DNA from: Macrostomum lignano
Lineage: Eukaryota
Reading direction: 5' to 3'
Assembly: GCA_002269645.1 (NCBI GenBank)
Contig: NIVC01002380.1
Span: forward strand, 1-53,180
Length of the DNA: 53,180 nt
In this document: piece after piece, positions 49,150 to 53,180 of the stretch
Layout: each line of letters opens with the position of its first letter
Position numbering within the stretch: position 1 is the first letter of the stretch
The notes under the pieces: model-generated
Told to the model about the DNA's origin: nothing
Seen by the model: the letters and a program-made list of their open reading frames with translations, nothing else
Databases searched by the model: none
Translations under genes and position numbers: made by a program

Positions 49150-49360
49150 CAGGCCCAATCGAGCTCAGCCAATGGGAGAGCAGTTGGGGAGAGAGATCAA
49201 ACTTTAGATAAGACGAAACTCAGCTTAGGCCCAATCTAGCTCAGCCAATGGGAGAGCAGTAAGGGGAGAGGTCAAAGTTTAGACGGACACACCCTCCTGG
49301 GGGCAGGCCCAATGCAGGTCAGCTCAGCCAATGAGAGAGCAGTAAGGACAGAAGTCAGAC
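49150..49360 (+). repeat. Three degenerate ~77-82-bp repeats rich in CCAAT
   Basis: AGGCCCAAT..AGCTCAGCCAATG(G/A)GAGAGCAGT at ~49150, ~49227, ~49306. Confidence 0.8.
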
Positions 49361-49775
49361 ACGACTGTGACCAAATAAATAACCATTAAGAGTTGGAAAT
49401 TTCGAATCTGCATCTGCAATTCCAAACCAACCAACGGTTGTCAAGTGACATTTTAAAGCTTGCGATTTTTTTTTTGTTTCACACCCAATTAACAAGCTGC
49501 TTTAACAACACAGCAACACAGAAAGCAACAAGAAGCAACATTTAAGAGAATAAAGGGAGGCCGAGAGATCAGAAACAGAGAAGGGAATAATGATTGCTTG
49601 GCAGCTCTTCAAGAGTAGCATCATGACCTATATATTTCTGAATTTCCAATAGATTTAAATTTAAATGCCTAGCATTTTGTATACCTAATTGGCAATGCCT
49701 TGCAGCTGAAACCAGCTCAGAACACAGATACAAGAATAAATATATGAGCCAATCGGCACATTTGCGTGCAAGCTA

Positions 49776-50092
49776 CTTTCAGTTCAGTAGTAAGTTAAAC
49801 TGAAGCATTTTAATTTATTTTTAAAGACGGCTCATTTATTGGTTCTCATCTTAGCTTAAACCCCCAAACTCCACGCAAACCTCTACCCCGCCGCCGCCCA
49901 ATTTTTATTGCCGTCCTCGGTTGTTTCAGCCTAAAACTGCCTTGTACATTGCAGTGGCTAATGTACATTATGGCTGAACCAATTAGCAAGTTTACATCTG
50001 CAAACTTGGCTTAAAAACTTATCAAAGTCATCTCAGCTGCCTTTATTCTTATAAAATAGCTTACGCATTCTTCATTGCTACTGAACTGAAAG
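49776..50092. mobile_element. MITE, probably Tc1/mariner-type (317 bp)
   Basis: TA|CTTTCAGTTCAGTAG ... CTACTGAACTGAAAG|TA: perfect inverted ends flanked by TA. Confidence 0.65.
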
Positions 50093-50809
50093 TAGAAAGC
50101 TGTTTTGTTGAGTATATGCCTGAGTTTATCTAGTCATTCTAGTATCTGTGGCTCAGACCAGGAGAGACCAAAGGAGCAGGAAGGAGACAGGAAGGACACA
50201 ATGCGAGCACAACAAAGACAAACTGACTCGAATGAAGCGGCAAAACGTTTCGTTCAGACGAATATTAAATTATTGTAACAACGAATATTTAAGACTATGC
50301 GCTTATCATACTACTATCGCTTGAAATTGCAGTAGTAAGCAGAAAATATTAAAATCCTATTTGCCATTCTCAAAGCAAAAGAAGCAGAAATACTAAGAAA
50401 AATTCTTTGATTTTTAAACCGCTTATAGTTGCTAGGAGGACGCGAAGACAAAGGACGACTCGTGAAGCTGACAATTAACTGAAAATACCACACGAATTTG
50501 AGAGTTAAGCTTTGAACGCCGACAAGCATTGGAGAGAAAAACATTGATTAGACTGCAACACGGGAAAAACCAACAATAACAATCTGCTTCCATCAGTTGA
50601 ATTCCGCTGATGCGGGAGGCACAGCAGCAGAGACGGGGCCAGGAATAAATCGAATAAAATAAACACACATAACGATTTGTCAACAACTAATTGCTTTAAA
50701 AAGCGAGATTAAATCATGGATTGCAGGACCGGGCTGATGGGACCTGGGATCTGGGAGTATTCGTAGACAGGTACAGGTAGACTATCGGATTGCATAATAT
50801 AAGAGTTAA

Positions 50810-51305
<496 letters not shown>

Positions 51306-51349
51306 TAAAACAGGTCAAACAGAAAGCAGAAGAGATCCCCAGCAGCCGC

Positions 51350-52912
51350 TCAGTCGGTCTTCTTGGCGCCCGTGCGGCTATCGGCGGCCCCGTCCGTATC
51401 CTCGTAGCGCAGCAGGCAGCCCAGTTCGCCCCTGGCCAGGGCCAGCAGCAGCGGGGCGCCCAGGCAGCAGGGCACCAGGTACAGCAGCGCTGGCTGGGCG
51501 TGCTTGAACACGTGCATCACAACGATCGTGGCCAGCAGGCCGGCGCAGTAGGCGGCCAGGCAGCAGCAGAAGTACGGGCGGCCGGAGCGGCCCCTGGCGG
51601 CGTCGTAGCGCAGCAGGAGGGCCACGAAGATGCCGGGGATGACGATGTCGCCGAGGCCGAGCATGGCGAACTTGTCGGCCGCCAGGCCCTTCTCCAGCAG
51701 GTCCTGCGGGAACACCAGCTTGATGGGGGCCTCGAAGCTCTTGGCCACCGTCACCATCACGTTGGTGCCGAACACCCAGAAGACGTCGTAGATGAACAGG
51801 CCGCTGAGCAGGATGGCCCCGGTGGCCACCTTGTTGAGGTGCAGCAGCTCGATGGCGTTGATGGCGAAGGCCAAGCCGAAGGCGTTGTTAGCCAGCCAGT
51901 GGCGGGTGGCCAGGTACCACAGGCCCACGCAGGCAGACACGGCCAGGTTGGCCAGGTCAAGGAGGTCGAAGTCCAGGTTCAGCCACAGCTCGAGCCTGGC
52001 CAGGCGGGGTGAGCGATGGCACCAACAATGATCCCATCTAAGAAGTGAGATCTCCCCTAAGAATCCATCTAAGAAGTGAGATCTCTCCTAAGATTTCTAT
52101 CTAAGAAGTGAGATCTACCCTAATATTCCCATCTAAGAAGTGAGATCTCCCCTAAGAATCCCATCTAAGAAGTGAGATCTACCCTAGACTCCATCTAAGA
52201 AGTGAGATCTCCCCTAAGAATCCCATCTAAGAAGTGAGATCTTCCCTGAGAATCCCATCTGAGAAGTGAGATCTCCCCTAAGAATCCCGTCTAAGAAGTA
52301 AGATCTCCCCTAAGATTTCTACCTAAGACGTGAGATCTCCATAAGATTCCTATCTAAGAAGTGACATCTCCCTAAGAATCCTGTCTAAGAAGTGAGATCT
52401 CCCCTAAGATTCCCATCTAAGAAGTGAGATCTCCCTAAGATTCCCATCTAAAAAGTGAGATCTCCCCTAAGATTCCCATCTAAGAAGTGAGATCTCCCCT
52501 AAGATTCCCATCTAAGAAGTGAGATCTCCCCTAAGATTCCCATCTAAGAAGTGAGATCTCCCCTAAGATTCCCATCTAAGAAGTGAGATCTCCCCTAAAA
52601 ATCCCATCTAAGAAGTGAGATCTCCCCTAAGATTCCATCTAAGAAGTGAGATCTCCCCTAAGATTCCCAACAATGATCTAAGAAGGGAATCCAAGACTTG
52701 TATTGTACGATCCGAGCTCACTCACCCTTGCCAGCGGCCTCTTCTCCGGCGGGGGCAGCTTCATCAGAGGCTGGCTGCTTCTGTTCGGCCTTTTCGCCAG
52801 TCTGCTGCTTCTCCTTCTCCTTGGCTTCCCCGGCAGCGGCTGGTTTCAGCTTGGAGACGAACTCCAGGATGCGGATGTTGAAGCTGCGGTTGGGCAGGCT
52901 GGCGGCACCAGC
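51350..52912 (-). CDS. HM13: Signal peptide peptidase (minor histocompatibility antigen H13), last two coding exons; 5' exons outside the window
   Basis: Exons 52912-52722 and 51995-51350 (phase 2). HWLANNAFGLAF, catalytic FIYDVFW and LGLGD, QPALLYLVP, C-terminal KKTD (KKxx ER-retrieval motif). Confidence 0.95.
52035..52690. repeat. ~32-bp minisatellite in HM13 intron
   Basis: TCTAAGAAGTGAGATCTCCCCTAAGATTCCCA repeated. Confidence 0.95.
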
Positions 52913-52994
52913 CTGTGGTAGACCGGCCTGGGACAGGGGCGGGTCAGGGGTCAAGCCGGGCCCGAACTGCTTTTGCGCCTCAGAGCTGGGCAGA

Positions 52995-53180
52995 AGGGTG
53001 ACAAGGGTATCAGAGTGACAAGGGTGGGGGAGTGACAAGGGTGGGGGAGTGACAAGGGGGGGGGAGTGACAAGGGCGGCGGTAGTGAAAAGGCTGGGGAG
53101 TGACAAGGCTGGCGGAGTGACAAGGCTGGGAGTGACAAGGCTGGCGGAGTGACAAGGCTGGGGAGTGACAAGGCTGGGGA
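52995..53180. repeat. 16-19-bp minisatellite in upstream HM13 intron
   Basis: GAGTGACAAGGCTGG(G/CG) repeated; runs off the window. Confidence 0.9.

Overview
Eukaryotic (animal) genomic DNA. GC-rich spliced exons, introns filled with minisatellites and decayed RTE/Gypsy elements resemble the flatworm Macrostomum; that identity is inference only. The window opens with about 13.9 kb of a 40-bp satellite, which recurs as two smaller dispersed arrays. Five host genes are supported: neurensin-like (-), a 7-exon USP1-like deubiquitinase (-), ALDH6A1/methylmalonate-semialdehyde dehydrogenase (+, 5' end not located), a divergent rhodopsin-class GPCR (-) and the 3' part of signal peptide peptidase HM13 (-). 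Best leads: (1) the satellite appears to move as a block (one array is flanked by an 8-bp direct repeat, another interrupts a Gypsy pol); (2) nested TIR transposons whose innermost member has ~530-bp TIRs, a 9-bp TSD and an intron-containing Ulp1-protease + PHD pseudogene; (3) intronic minisatellites built from copies of splice junctions, including six back-to-back GT..AG mini-introns in ALDH6A1; (4) a 28S rRNA-like fragment scrambled exactly at the R2/I-PpoI target. All alignments are by eye or from memory of the families; no searches were run, and repeat boundaries are approximate.
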